Positions 14,901-27,020 of a stretch of 64,000 nucleotides of DNA are shown one piece after another. The position numbers and the translations under genes were made by a program. This DNA comes from Pseudovirgaria hyperparasitica. Taxonomy: Eukaryota. The notes below the pieces were generated by a model. It searched no databases and had not been told where the DNA came from. It saw only the letters and a list, made by a program, of their open reading frames with translations. The DNA is taken from assembly GCA_010093815.1 (NCBI GenBank), contig ML996566.1; one strand, written 5' to 3'. Positions within the stretch are counted from its first letter, which is position 1. Each line of letters starts with the position of its first letter.

Positions 14901-15666
14901 CTGGACCCAAAGACAAGCCTTCGATGTACCTGTTCCACGACGGAAGTGGTACCGTCGGTATGTACAAGGGACTCAGTGATCTTGGGTGCACCCTGTACGG
15001 TATCTCCAACCCTGGATTCGGCGACCGTGATCACTGGGCCAAATCGATCTCAGACATGGCCACCAGCTACGCATCCGCGATCTCGGCATCCTCAGAGAAG
15101 CCTGTCGTCTTAGGAGGTAAGGTCGCACAATGATACATTTGTCCATCACGTACTTACACTCTATAGGCTGGTCATTCGGTGGTGTCGTCGCCTTCGAGAC
15201 CGCACAACACCTCGCACGACTCGGCAAGCAGGTCAAGGGCGTCATACTGATCGACTCACCATGTCCGAAAGACCACACTCCGCTCCCCGAAGAAGTGGTC
15301 AAGCATGTCCTCAAGCCCATGACGGACTCCAAAGCAGGGAGGTCTGCTGCCACGGTTGCAAATCAATTCAAATGGCATGCGGCAATGCTGGGCAAGTATA
15401 ACCCTCCCGCAGATGCGTCCGAGGTTCCATACATCATGCTCCAGAGTGCCGAGACGTTCGATACGTCTGGCCAGTGCGGTGTCAAGTATCCATGGCTCGA
15501 GGACCAGCGGGAGCGTGCTCGTGCTATCGACGGATGGCAGGAAGTCCTGGGCCGGAAGGTCAAGACGCTGCAGATTCCGGGCGATCACTTCCAGCCGTTT
15601 ACGAAGGAGTGTGTGGGGAAAGTATCGGAGCAGTTGAGGGAAGCATACAATATTGTTACGAAGTAA
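8996..15666 (+). CDS. Non-reducing iterative type I PKS, SAT-KS-AT-PT-ACP-ACP-TE, no C-methyltransferase (orsellinic acid synthase-like); 8 exons
   Basis: Introns at 9596-9651, 10291-10339, 10511-10557, 11227-11275, 12184-12233, 13198-13267 and 15117-15166 restore one frame. SAT GFCSG; KS DTACSAS, HGTGTQAGD, KGNIGH; AT GHSLGEY; PT GHIVGGVALCPAS...DTLLH; two ACP motifs LGMDSL; TE FHDGSG, GWSFGG, GDHF. Confidence 0.96.
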
Positions 15667-16980
15667 GTAGTTTAAGGATGGCAACAGACTGCATGAGCGT
15701 TTTGTTTTCGAGCGATTTGAGTTTTGGCGTTTTTAGTTAGGGGTCGGCCATAAAGAATGTACACTGCAAGCATAGCCAATGATAGTTACGACATTTTCCA
15801 TATTTTCCGCATCAGAGCCGGATTCATGACTTGAAGAGTGCACACTCGGTTACAGGGTACCTTTCGCAGATTGAACTTATGTTTCCTAAATCAGGTTCGA
15901 CAAGATGCCCTAGTCCAGACTGATACGCATCAAGCCCGTCGCTTTGTTATGTACGACCTTCACTCACTGTGCCATCATGATTCTGGAGAACATAGTCATC
16001 CGACACGATACGAGGTGCATTCACTTCAGGGTATCATGTTTACTTTAGCTGAAGCAAGACAGAGTCCCAGATCATATATCTAGGTTCATGACAGTGTCCC
16101 CTTGAACAGTACCACTCCGTCACGTAGCTGCAAGAATATGTGAATAATCTCGCGATTCGCTATGGAGAAGGCATTGTACATAAGACGTACACTACGAGCT
16201 ACGTCACTGCAACCTATCGCTGCTTCATCCACACCATACCATACCATTTCACATAACATAATACCATGCAATACAAGATGAAACAATAGCATGAAGAACG
16301 GCACACGACATCCCTCCTACATATACACACCCGTCCTCCATCCCATCCCGCCCGATCTCATCCCCTTCACTTGGGTATACACGGTGCGTGTCATAGCTCT
16401 GAGCTCTGAGTTGTGGTCACTATGTTATGATAGAGTGGCTACTAAATGTATATGATAGAATCTAGATATAGTCTTCGTCCCTCTTCATCCCCTTGCTTCA
16501 CTTAGACGTACTACATACTACATCTAAATCGCACATGACATCTGACACGCTACTTCTACGTCCCCATATCTCACATACAACACACTTGATGATGCCCAGC
16601 GACATCACCGTTCCTCATATCATGCCCTCACTCATACTATACACAACACACTGCCTGCGCACTACGTGAACCAACCACTTTGCCACCCCATAGATACCCA
16701 ATGAACACTGCAGCAAAACACAACACCACCAATCCACGACAGCACAACAAAACACAACACAACACAGAACCCCCATCCCTTCACCGCACCCAGCCATCTA
16801 CGCGCGTACTTAAAACCCCCAGTTCCAGTTCCTTCCTACAGCACACACTCTCCCTACTCTACCCACCCGATACCATCCGCACCACACAGTACACAGTCCA
16901 CACTATACACCCACCCAGCCAGCCAACCAGCAAACAACAAACCTCCAAAAGCCGCATCCACAAACAAACCACACCAAAAG

Positions 16981-17887
16981 ATGCAGCCCTTCAACTACAA
17001 CAACACACAACACGACCCCTTCGCCGCCGGCGCAAGCGTGGGCATGCAGCAACAGCAAGGTAACCACTTTCTCCCTCGCCCCTTTCTCCCTCGCCCCTTT
17101 CTCCCCCGCCCCTTTCTCCTCTCATAACCCCCTATTCCCCCTTTTCTCCCCTCCTCTCGTAAACCCCCTTTACCTCCAAAGCACACTAGACTAACCCCGC
17201 CCCTTCAAACCAGCGAACTACTCAATGGGCAATGGCATGGGAGGCATGGGCAACGGCATGGGAGGCATGAGAGGCATGGGAGGCATGGGCAATATGGACA
17301 ACATGGGAAACATGGGCAACATGCCCAACAGCATCCCCCCAACCCCCAACACACCCCACGCCCAACCCCACAACATGATAGGCACAGACAGCGACCCAGG
17401 CTTCAACGGCGAAAACATGTACGCCGGCCCAGCAGCACACCACCAACACCAACGCATCCCCCAAGCCCTCGTCCCACACGCCTACGCAGGACAACAAGCC
17501 CAGCAGCACCAGGCAGGCATGAACGCCGGCATGATGCACAACGACATGCACAACGACATGCACCCCAGCACAAACACAACCCCCCACCCCCCAACAGGCA
17601 CGCACTCCCAAATCCGCACCCTACGAGCCCACTCTCGCGCAGGACGACAAATCACCGATTCCTTCCTGCGGATGTACCCGGAGTTCCAGCGGATGCAGAA
17701 GCAGCGGGCGCGGGCGCAGGCACCACGGGGGGGCCGCGGCGGGTGGACGCGCGGAGACGAGGTGGTGTATGGGAATACGGAGAGTCAGTTGCGGAGTATG
17801 CAGCGGGAGGCGGAGCGGATGATTCCGGGGTATAAGCTTGATGTTGCGGCGTGGCGGTATTTGGTTGGGAGGAGGGTGAGGGTTTGA
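16981..17887 (+). CDS. Orphan low-complexity G/M/N/Q-rich protein with RGG motifs; 2 exons
   Basis: ATG 16981 (context aaaagATG). Intron 17060-17213 (GTAACC..CTAAC..CAG) joins in frame to ORF 17225-17887. MGG/MGN repeats and RGGRGG are present. Confidence 0.65.
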
Positions 17888-18013
17888 GAGGGGGGGGGGG
17901 GAATAAGGGGCTGGGTGATATGGCGAGGAGATTGGCAATGTAGAGATGGTGGTAGAGGTGATGGGAATTGTTGCGTTTGTAGCGATCATGCTATAGCATA
18001 CATACATGCGAGT

Positions 18014-19935
18014 CTAGCCTACGAGTGCAGCTTTGCCGCCGCCGTATTTACCCTGTGGCCCGTCGAGATGCGCATCTAGCACAGCTGTCGTGCCGTTTAA
18101 AACGCTCTGAATCGCTTCGGCCAGCTTCACCTCCAGCTCCTCGGCCGTGCTAGCATGCGCAGCCCAGATCTCCCCACCAGACGCAGCCTTTGCGATACCA
18201 GCATAGTCCGGTGTCGGCGCAAAGCTGATGTTGAGGTCCTCGTTCGACACCTTCGAGCCTTCGCCGTCGGGGTGGACGAGAAGAAGCGATCTACGAGGCG
18301 CGTTCCAGCCCTTGTTGTTGAGGACGATAGTGAGGATGGGGATGTTGTAGCGTTGCGAGATCCAGTATACCGAGCCGGGGACGGAGAAGAGATATGTGCC
18401 GTCGCCCACGATCTGGCAGACGAATCGCTTCTTGCCGTAGTAGTCTGTAGCTAGTTTTATGCCCAACGCGCCGCCGCCGCTCCATCCGAGACCGCCTCCG
18501 CCGCAGTTGATCCATGATCCGGGCAGCGAGCATTGCAGTTGATCTGCGACAAAAGCACCATTCGTCACGGCTTCGATGGCAAAAATGGTATCCTGGGGAA
18601 GAAGTGCGCGGAGGCGAGATGTTAGGTACGAAGTTCCATACGACCCGTCCTCTCCAGGCACAGCCTGACTCGCTATTGTCTGAAGTTTTTTTGTGTACGA
18701 TGACAGTCGCTTTGCTTCCAGTTCAAGTTGATGTGGCAAGCCAGTCATCTGGAACAGTTCCGGGTTAGAGCAGATGAAGCCAACCAGCTGCGAAATGGCC
18801 GTGAAACTATCGACCCGGTAGCGCTTCATGGCATTAATGTAGAACACGGGCATCTGCTGTTTGAGCGGATCCCCATCGATGTGGAAGACGATTGCGCCGT
18901 CTTTCGGCTTGCATTGTGTGTTTATCCAGGGTACATCGCAGTCTAACACGATGATGACGTCTGCTGTCGTGATACTGTCGTCTACACCATATCGCATGCC
19001 AAGCCATGCAGGATGGTTGGCAGGAAAGCACATGTCGCAACCTCCAGTGTCAAGCACTCGTAGCCCCTTGACAATATTGGCAAGCTGGACGAGCTCTCCG
19101 GGACAGTCATGATTGCGTCCGCTGTAACCACAGATGACCAGGGGCTCCTTTGCATTCACCAGCGAGCCTGCAATGGTCTCTACTGCTGACAGAGGTAGCG
19201 CAGCTGGCTCGACTGGAGTCCAAAAACTTTGGTCCAGAGCGTACGGCTCGATGACCTGTTCCATGGGCTCCCTGGCGCCGTACAAATATACCGGTCCTTT
19301 TGGATCACTCGTGGCAAACGACAGCGCCCTGTTCACCATCTGCTTGATATTCTTGCCTGTCTTGATCTCTCCCGTATAACGGCAGTACTGCGCCACGATC
19401 TGCTTCTGATCCGGGACGTCTTGTATCCAATGGATATACTCTGTCCGGGACCCACGCTCTTCTCCTTCGATGGTATATGGCGACAACCCGGCAAAGATCA
19501 GCACTGGCGCGCGTCCACACGCGGCATTGTGTACCGCTGCACCGAGACCCTGCGTTCCCACGTCGACATGAACGATGACGCACTGTGGTTTGTTCGTGAG
19601 GCGCGCAAACCCGTCGGCCATGGAGAGTGCTACCATCTGAGGCATGACCGTCAGCCATCATGTTCGAGGACACACATGCTACAAAGGTAATGGAAATGCG
19701 TACAGACCTCGTTCGGACATGTTATGATGCGCGGAAACTCGCCATCCTTCTCTTTCTTGCCCTTGACCATAGCCTCAATGATGCTTGGGTGGTCGCTCCC
19801 CAGGTTTACAAAGCAGTGCGTGACACCGGCTTCCCATAATGCCTCGAAGAATGCAAATGATGTTGTATATAGGCCTGCACCACGCACGTCGCTCGGACGA
19901 AGACGTTTGCTAGGAACGGCATTAGAACCACTCAT
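18014..19935 (-). CDS. Thiamine diphosphate-dependent enzyme (acetolactate synthase-like/decarboxylase superfamily); 2 exons
   Basis: Intron 19637-19707. N-terminal FVNLGSDHP and catalytic Glu in CPNEMVALSMADG; ThDP-binding GDGTYLF...VLNNKGW. Confidence 0.92.
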
Positions 19936-20553
19936 CGTGGCAGCAATTGAGATGAGAGACGTCGTGTGAAGCTCAGTAGGACGACACCAAGGCGCTGGTG
20001 AATGCTACCAACGCTGAAGTGTGAATGAGACATATCAGACATGATTAGCTGTGACATGATGTGGAGCAAATCCTTTGATCATTGATGCTTCCCCTCATGT
20101 TCGGTAGTGAAGTGCGGGTACCTGGACCTGATTGTTCTCGTGACGCGTACATTTCAGAATGAATATCTCATCTGAGGTTAGCACATTGATGGCTTGCATT
20201 CATATCGTAATCTGTTCTTTCGCAACAACGCTATCTCGCGCGTCGCTATGTAAAATGTTCATATATGCTGCGTTAAGCTATGTCCGTTGGTATCATGCAA
20301 CCGTAATATCATGCCCCATGAGCCAAATCCGCTCAGATCATAAAAGAAACGCCCATATGCTCCGCGCCAGAAAAAGTCATATCAATCGTCACAGGACTGA
20401 TGCGTCAAACAGGTATCATGTCGCACGTCGCATGCAAAACAATATGTACAGAAAAGATTTTGGGTGCCGCGGCTAGGAGATGGAGAGCAGCAGTAGGTCC
20501 GGTCGAGGGGTCAGGAGAGTTGGTGAGTGTGAAGGCTTTGAAGACGCGGGAAT

Positions 20554-21039
20554 CTATCCCTCGTGCTTGCGAACCATTCCCGTCACAGGCTCGAGCCTGA
20601 CAGCAACGGCCTCTCGCATGGAGTACCGTCTGAAATGGTGCGGACTCTCGACTGTCGGCTCAGGGGTCGCAGGTGCGTGGTCCAAGGTCATGACGGTTTC
20701 GTCTGACGCCATTCGACTCGGAAGCATGGTCTCGTGGTAGGTCATGAAGTCGACCGGCTTCTCCTTTTCCTTCATGATGGAGTCGCTGCTAAACCGTGAG
20801 GCGAGCGTTACGCCGCTGAGAGTTGCCGAGTCGTCGAAGGGCTCGGCGGCATGGCCACAACCCTTTGTTGGCTTGAAATAGAAGTACAGCCAGATACCGA
20901 GGGCGGCGAAGAAGATGACCAAGAACGTAGCGATGCCGGCGATGAGGCCGATGATGGTCTTTTCGGGGAAGTTGACCGACTGTCGGCGCATGAGCTGTGC
21001 TCGCGTCTCGTCCAGGAGGTCGATTGGTATCGGTGCCAT
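20554..21039 (-). CDS. Small single-pass membrane protein, unknown function
   Basis: 161-aa ORF with a good ATG context, one hydrophobic helix IIGLIAGIATFLVIFFAALGIWLYFYF and C/G-ending codon bias. Confidence 0.7.
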   Translation of the reverse strand: MAPIPIDLLDETRAQLMRRQSVNFPEKTIIGLIAGIATFLVIFFAALGIWLYFYFKPTKGCGHAAEPFDDSATLSGVTLASRFSSDSIMKEKEKPVDFMTYHETMLPSRMASDETVMTLDHAPATPEPTVESPHHFRRYSMREAVAVRLEPVTGMVRKHEG

Positions 21040-23068
21040 GATGTCTGAGGTGTGTCGACTGCTTGGAGGAGTATCGGATACGTAGGGTGAGTACTGGAGG
21101 CAGGCTCAGCACACTCGAAGCGACAAGCAGTATATCCAAACGAGGGACCTTGACAAAGGTACAATGACTGCTTCAAGCGAGGGAATGAATCAGCCTTGCA
21201 GGTCGACGGACAACACGAGCACCAGGAACAAGGACCAAGGACAGCACACACGCAAGGTACGGAGCCATGAACAGGCCTTTAAGCAGCATATACAGCAGCG
21301 GCATGCAGCGGAAGTGCAGTACTGCTACTGCACACGATGACCACGCGGCAGAAGTGAATGACGTGCGGCTCAACTTGGCAGCATATTGGCGTGCAAGTAG
21401 TTCTAGTTACAAGGCCGTGTGCAGCAGTAGCATGACAGCATAGTCTGGCTGGACCACAGTCGACCAGTAGAAGATACTGAGACGAATGGACATGAGTAGT
21501 TTAGTAGCAGTAGTAGTAAGAAGCATATGGCAGCGATACCTGTGCCTGTATCAAGAGCGACGATCGCGGGATCCGCGTATTGCCCACGTTCTACCATGTA
21601 TCCAAGCATAAGATAGCCTCATGATTCATTTAGACTCTTTGGTCTAACCGTTTGCGGTAGGAGGGGAATACGGGCATGGATACGATGCATTCACTTCCAA
21701 GATACAGTCTGTCACTCTCCGGCTGGCAATGCATCAATCCGAGATGCCAATCCGAGATGAAATAGTCCACGACCTCGTCCTCTATTGCCGCCGCATATCT
21801 CGTATCAATTGCTACACACATACACATCCGCCCTCCACGCCTCTTTACTCCGTCCGCATCAGATGCTCGTACTCGCACCCGGCACCCATCCATGCATGAC
21901 GTACACGACGCTCAGTTCGCGCCTCGGCACGAGTAAGCACAACGAAGCGTGATCGCGGCATCGACAGCACATCGAGTCCTCCTCACCGCTCGCCGCATCG
22001 TCTTGGTGTCTTGGTGTCTTGCCCGTGGCTTGGTGTGGGCGCTTGTCAGAATAGCCCCGGGACCCGCCAGAACCGTGACAATCGGCATGACTGACTGGCT
22101 GGCTGGCTGGTGGAGCGGGCGTCGGGAGAATGCCAAATGCCATGAGGATCGAAGAGGTGGCTGGGACAGACATGCGGCGCCGTGTCGTCGCAGAGCCTGT
22201 CCATCATTCTTCGCTTTCTGGGTTGAATGAAAGCATTGATGGGATGTTTGTTGGGTGCCAGCATCACTAATCACTCCAAAGAACGAGGGTTGTCAACCTG
22301 TGGGACGGCCGACACCTGTCAATCCAAACTACCACAATTCAATCCTGACCGACAAAACCTCGATGCCAGGGGAAAATTACTCCAGCGACTATGATGTCGT
22401 CACTCCCCACAGCTGTACCGCGCTGGCTGCTGATGAAGCCCGCATACTCTCAGTGAAGCATCCACAGCGCATCCGCGTCATACACACGCACACACACATC
22501 GCCGCGCCCAGAACACCTCCGACTAAAATGAAGAGGCTGGAGGATCCATGACGCTAGGCCCCGGAGCGAACCTCTTCATCCATCGCGCCGGATCCTTTGA
22601 CATCCATATATGTATACTCCACTTGTGCGTCGTGCCCACAGATTTTAGAAGTCCCGTTGTCTTCTACGCGTGTACTTAATCAAGCTGTGTCGCGTCATTG
22701 GTATACGATCGATCCCGCAAATATTCCTGTAACTGTATCAAAGATGTCGGAAAGAGCGTCGTGGCAAAGCCAAATGTGTCGCTGGAACTTCTGTTTGTGT
22801 GGTGGTGTTGCGACCGAATGCCTGGATTCCATGAGTCTGTTGACTTTGAGGGTGGAGTATCGATCGTTAAAGGAGGTATAGCAATGTTTATCCATTCGGC
22901 ATAGAAATGGTAGGTGATATATATATGTACACCTTTGCTATCCTGTATTCTATTGATACGAAGCACGCAACTCGCGTACGCTCATCTCATAATTCTCAAT
23001 AATATCATATCCAAAGTCTCATATTCACATCATATCCACCACACCCAAACCACCCGCCGCGCAACCCC

Positions 23069-24680
23069 CTACCGCTCCACCGTCTTCGCATGCCCCTTCT
23101 CCTCATCCGAACTGCCCTGCTCACCAACCCCCTCACCAACCTCAGACCCCATCCGCCGCCCGCCCGTCGCCTCAACCATATCCCCATCATGCCGCACATC
23201 CATACTCGCCCCCTTCCGCTCAGGCCCCAACAGCGTCAACACAACCACATACGCATACACACAGCCCATGAAAATGCAAATCACCTTCCCGTACTCAAAC
23301 CTGCTCACCCGCGCCCCGCTCGCCTCCACCTTATCCGGCAACGGGAACCGCTCCCCAATCGTACTCTCAATCGTACTCGACGCCGACGACACAAGATTAC
23401 CCAGCTGATACGCCGTGCCCACGACGAACGTCCGGAATGAGCCAGGCGACAGCTCCATCAGGTGGATCGGAATCACGCCCCACGCGCCCTGCACGCAAAA
23501 CTGCTCGAAGAACGCCGGGGCAATGACCCGTGTGTCCGTGACGAAGGTATACGGGTACAACAACGCCGCACCCACAATCGACATGACGATAATGCTGAAC
23601 CGCCGGCCTAGCGCCTGGCTCGCGTACCCGACGCATGCGCCGCCCGTCATGGCGCCCAGGTTAGCGACGACCTGAGTGACAGTCACGGCGTCGGCGCTGA
23701 AGCCGTACTGGTTGGTTAGTAGCGTCGGGTACAGGTCCTGGCTGCCGTGGCTCATGAAGTTGAAGCCGGCCATGAGTAGGACGAGATATCCGAGCAGCGG
23801 CCAGTGGTTGCGCAGCGCGACGCGGCCCTCTGCCACGAACGTCTTGCCTGCGCTCGCGCCGGACTCTGCGCCTGCCGCACGCACGCGCTGGCGCTCCTGG
23901 TATGCCTGTGTCTCCGGCAGACAGAGGCGGAAGGCGATGATGAGCACGGGGGGTCCGGCGGCAAACCAGAACAGCGGGCGCCATTCATGGCCGACGGTGT
24001 TTACAAAGGCGCGGGCGAAGACGGTGGCGAGCAGGTAGCCGAAGGCGTAGCCCTGCTGCAGGAGGCCGGAGACGAGGCCGCGGGCGCGTTCGGGGCAGTC
24101 TTCGAGGGCGGTGGCGGCGGCGTTGCCGTAGAGGCCGCCCATGGCGATGCCGAAGAGGGCGCGCACGGCGAGGAACTGGTTGTAGGTTTGGACGAAGCCG
24201 GTGCCGAGCTCGAGGATGATGAAGAGGATGTTGTTGATGATGAAGGGCCATTTGCGGCCGTAGCGGTCGGCGGCGATGCCGAAGATGACGGAGCCGACGG
24301 AGCGGAGCATGAGCACGAGGGTGATGCCCCAGGTGATGTCCTTGTTGGACTTGCCGAATGTCTTTGCGAGCGGGCCGACGGTGAGGGAGACGGTGAAGAA
24401 GTCGAGGGCGTCCCAGGACCTGGGGGTGGAGTGTTTGGTTAGCAGTCGGACACGAGATGTTGTTTGTGGATGGATTGGGGGAATGTTACCATGCGAAAAA
24501 GGCAACGGCGAAGAACATCCATTGCTGCTTGTTGAGTAGACGTAGGAGCGTGATGGGATTCTCGAGTTTGTCCATCGGGGGCTTCAGCGTGGGAATACGT
24601 GTAGCAAGGTATCTGCCGACGGACTTGCGCTCATGGCGGCCGTCGCCGGAGTACTCTGCTTGATCGTGCTTCTCCGACAT
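23069..24680 (-). CDS. JEN1: MFS carboxylate/H+ symporter (Jen1 family); 2 exons
   Basis: Start MSEKHD at 24680 and intron 24420-24489 (FFAW|SWDALDFF). Motifs ADRYGRKWP, SGLLQQGYAFGYLLA and the Jen signature NFMSHGSQDLYPT. Confidence 0.93.
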
Positions 24681-27020
24681 GGTGACGGACGATGTTATGC
24701 TTGCGGTGGTGTATGGAATGTCCAGAGAGTTCTGCAAAGCGTCAGTGATCAGCCATGTATATAGGTATACACATGCCATGGAGCGCCAATGACGTACCAG
24801 GCAAATATCCACACCAACACGTCTCCAACAGCCCAGCCCAATCCAGTCTTATCTTGTAATCAATCTCAAGCAGCCGTCCCTTGTTCAATGAATCACTTTC
24901 CCACACAAGGACAGACAGACGGCCAAAACAAACCCCTCAGCAGGAGAAAAAGCACTCAAGCAGCCAGCACCACACACGCAATATATGTATTTATTCCCTC
25001 TCCCCGCGGCCGGACAGACCACTCTATATAGCACAAAAGCCACCATGTCCACCAGCGGCCGACGTGCCGCGTCCTACCTGATGATAACCCCCCAGATCCA
25101 TCCCCCATGACCCCCCCGGCCCCTCGTCCGAACACAAACCCCGCCTTTCTCCTATTCACCCAATCGCATCCCTCCTCCCCCCGGGCAGATCCACTACGCC
25201 CGCACGAGCAAATGGACCCCCGGAACCGGCTAGTTGCGGTACTTGAGTAGCTTATCTGCGCTTGGCCGGGGCGCTGTGTGGTGTGCTTGGTTGCTTGGCG
25301 ACAGTGCTTGAGATGCTTGATATGCTTGGAAGGCTTGAGATGCGGTGTAAGCTTTCTTCGGCCCCCGGCCCCCCCTAAGACAGGGTGGCGGGTCCGCTTT
25401 TTGGACACAGTATCTTTGTGATGGCATGGATGGTGGATGTTGAGGGGAAGGGTTCGGAACTGTTGAGGTGGAGGAGATGACGGGGGACGTGATAGAGGTT
25501 GAGGAATTTTACTAGGTATTGACCAGAGTTTTCCAGTGTGGATTGTCCTTCTTCAGGACCTGGCCTGCCCTCTCCACAACCGCAACCCCATCCTGCAACG
25601 CAAATGCAAACGCAAACGCAAACGCAAATACAGACGCAACGCGGCGTCCTGGCCTGCTCGTGCGGGGACATGTGCGTGCGTGTGCTAACTCAACACATAC
25701 CAATCAACCAACCAACCAACCAACAGCGGCCCATCGGCAATCCATCCATTGTCAGCCAGCCAGACTATCTAGGTACAAATTCAATCCAGGGCATTGTGGC
25801 GTGCTTACTAACCCCCTAGCCTCCTTGATCGTTGAGAAATACCTAGTTATCCATCTCGCAACCTCCGCTGCGTCGCGTCTTACTAAGATCCATGCGCACT
25901 GTGACGCAGTGTGGGATGGTCCCTGCGGTTGGATATTTGGTGTGTGGTGTTTGGTATTGGATAGGGGGTAGGGAATAGTTTTATCGATGTCGGTATGTTG
26001 CCGTGTCTTGTCGTGTCGTGTGGAGTAGGACTTTGCATCTACCCGCGCAGTCTTTTAATCATTGGGTTTTCATTGATGATATGTCCTATTTCTAATCTCA
26101 TTTCAACTTGTCTTCCAGGCACATTATATCAGCAAACAACTTATATTCCCCCTCATCTCCCCTAACAATACCCAACATCCCTAACAATACAGATATCCAT
26201 TCCCCAGCCCAGTCACCCCATATCATGACTATTCACACACCCAACCAACTAACCAGCCATCTTGCCGTTCTTATTGATATTCCATATCCTACGTATAATA
26301 CTACATGCCTACTACGTGCCCGTCCTTCTAGATCGCATCGGATCAAATCAACCCACCGGAGCACCGACTCTGCGCTATACACACTACCCTCTTCCGACAA
26401 AAATACCCCAGGTACCATACCATCAAACCTCCCTGAACCCTCGATTCTATAATCCGCAGTTCAGTAGTCGCGACTGTCCAGTCTAGATTCGCGGAGAAAC
26501 GGAGAAACGCAGTAAATATTCTGATAGTGATTTGGTGAAGTTGGCGTATTGAGTGAGATAGACTGGCTAGCTAGCTGGCTGGTTGGGTGGGTAGGCTTGG
26601 TTTATGTCATGCTGGTGATGGTCGTCATGCTCCCTGCAATGTGCAGAGAGAGGTAAGTAGAAGTAGACTTCGAATTCACGCACACAGCTTGGGCGTATTC
26701 AGATGCGTGGATGGGTGGGTGGGTGATGCTCGATGCATGCCTGATCTCGCCTTGTAAGGCTGAACATCCATAGCAAGTGACACTTGCAATCAGCAAGAGA
26801 CATTACATATTCACATCTATCCGTTCGACACCACACGCTTCTTACTTCATCTCCTACACGCCCATCTATGCAACGCTCTGGACCGCACACTACAAGCAGC
26901 ACAGCAAGTAACACCAAGCCTGCGTTCCGTACAAGTCCCATGCAGACAGACAAACCCACCCAGCGCCGAAACATGCATGTCCTGAACACAACAACCCTCT
27001 GCCCAACAAACCCCACAGCC

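Noticed and set aside
20000..23000. Assorted 60-150 aa ORFs around the small membrane protein
   Set aside because: They show no motifs or codon bias; the sequence looks like long UTR or intergenic DNA.
23804..24442. 212-aa + strand ORF and similar long antisense ORFs (e.g. 14444-15034, 61897-62574, 52522-53277)
   Set aside because: They are shadows of strongly codon-biased genes on the opposite strand.
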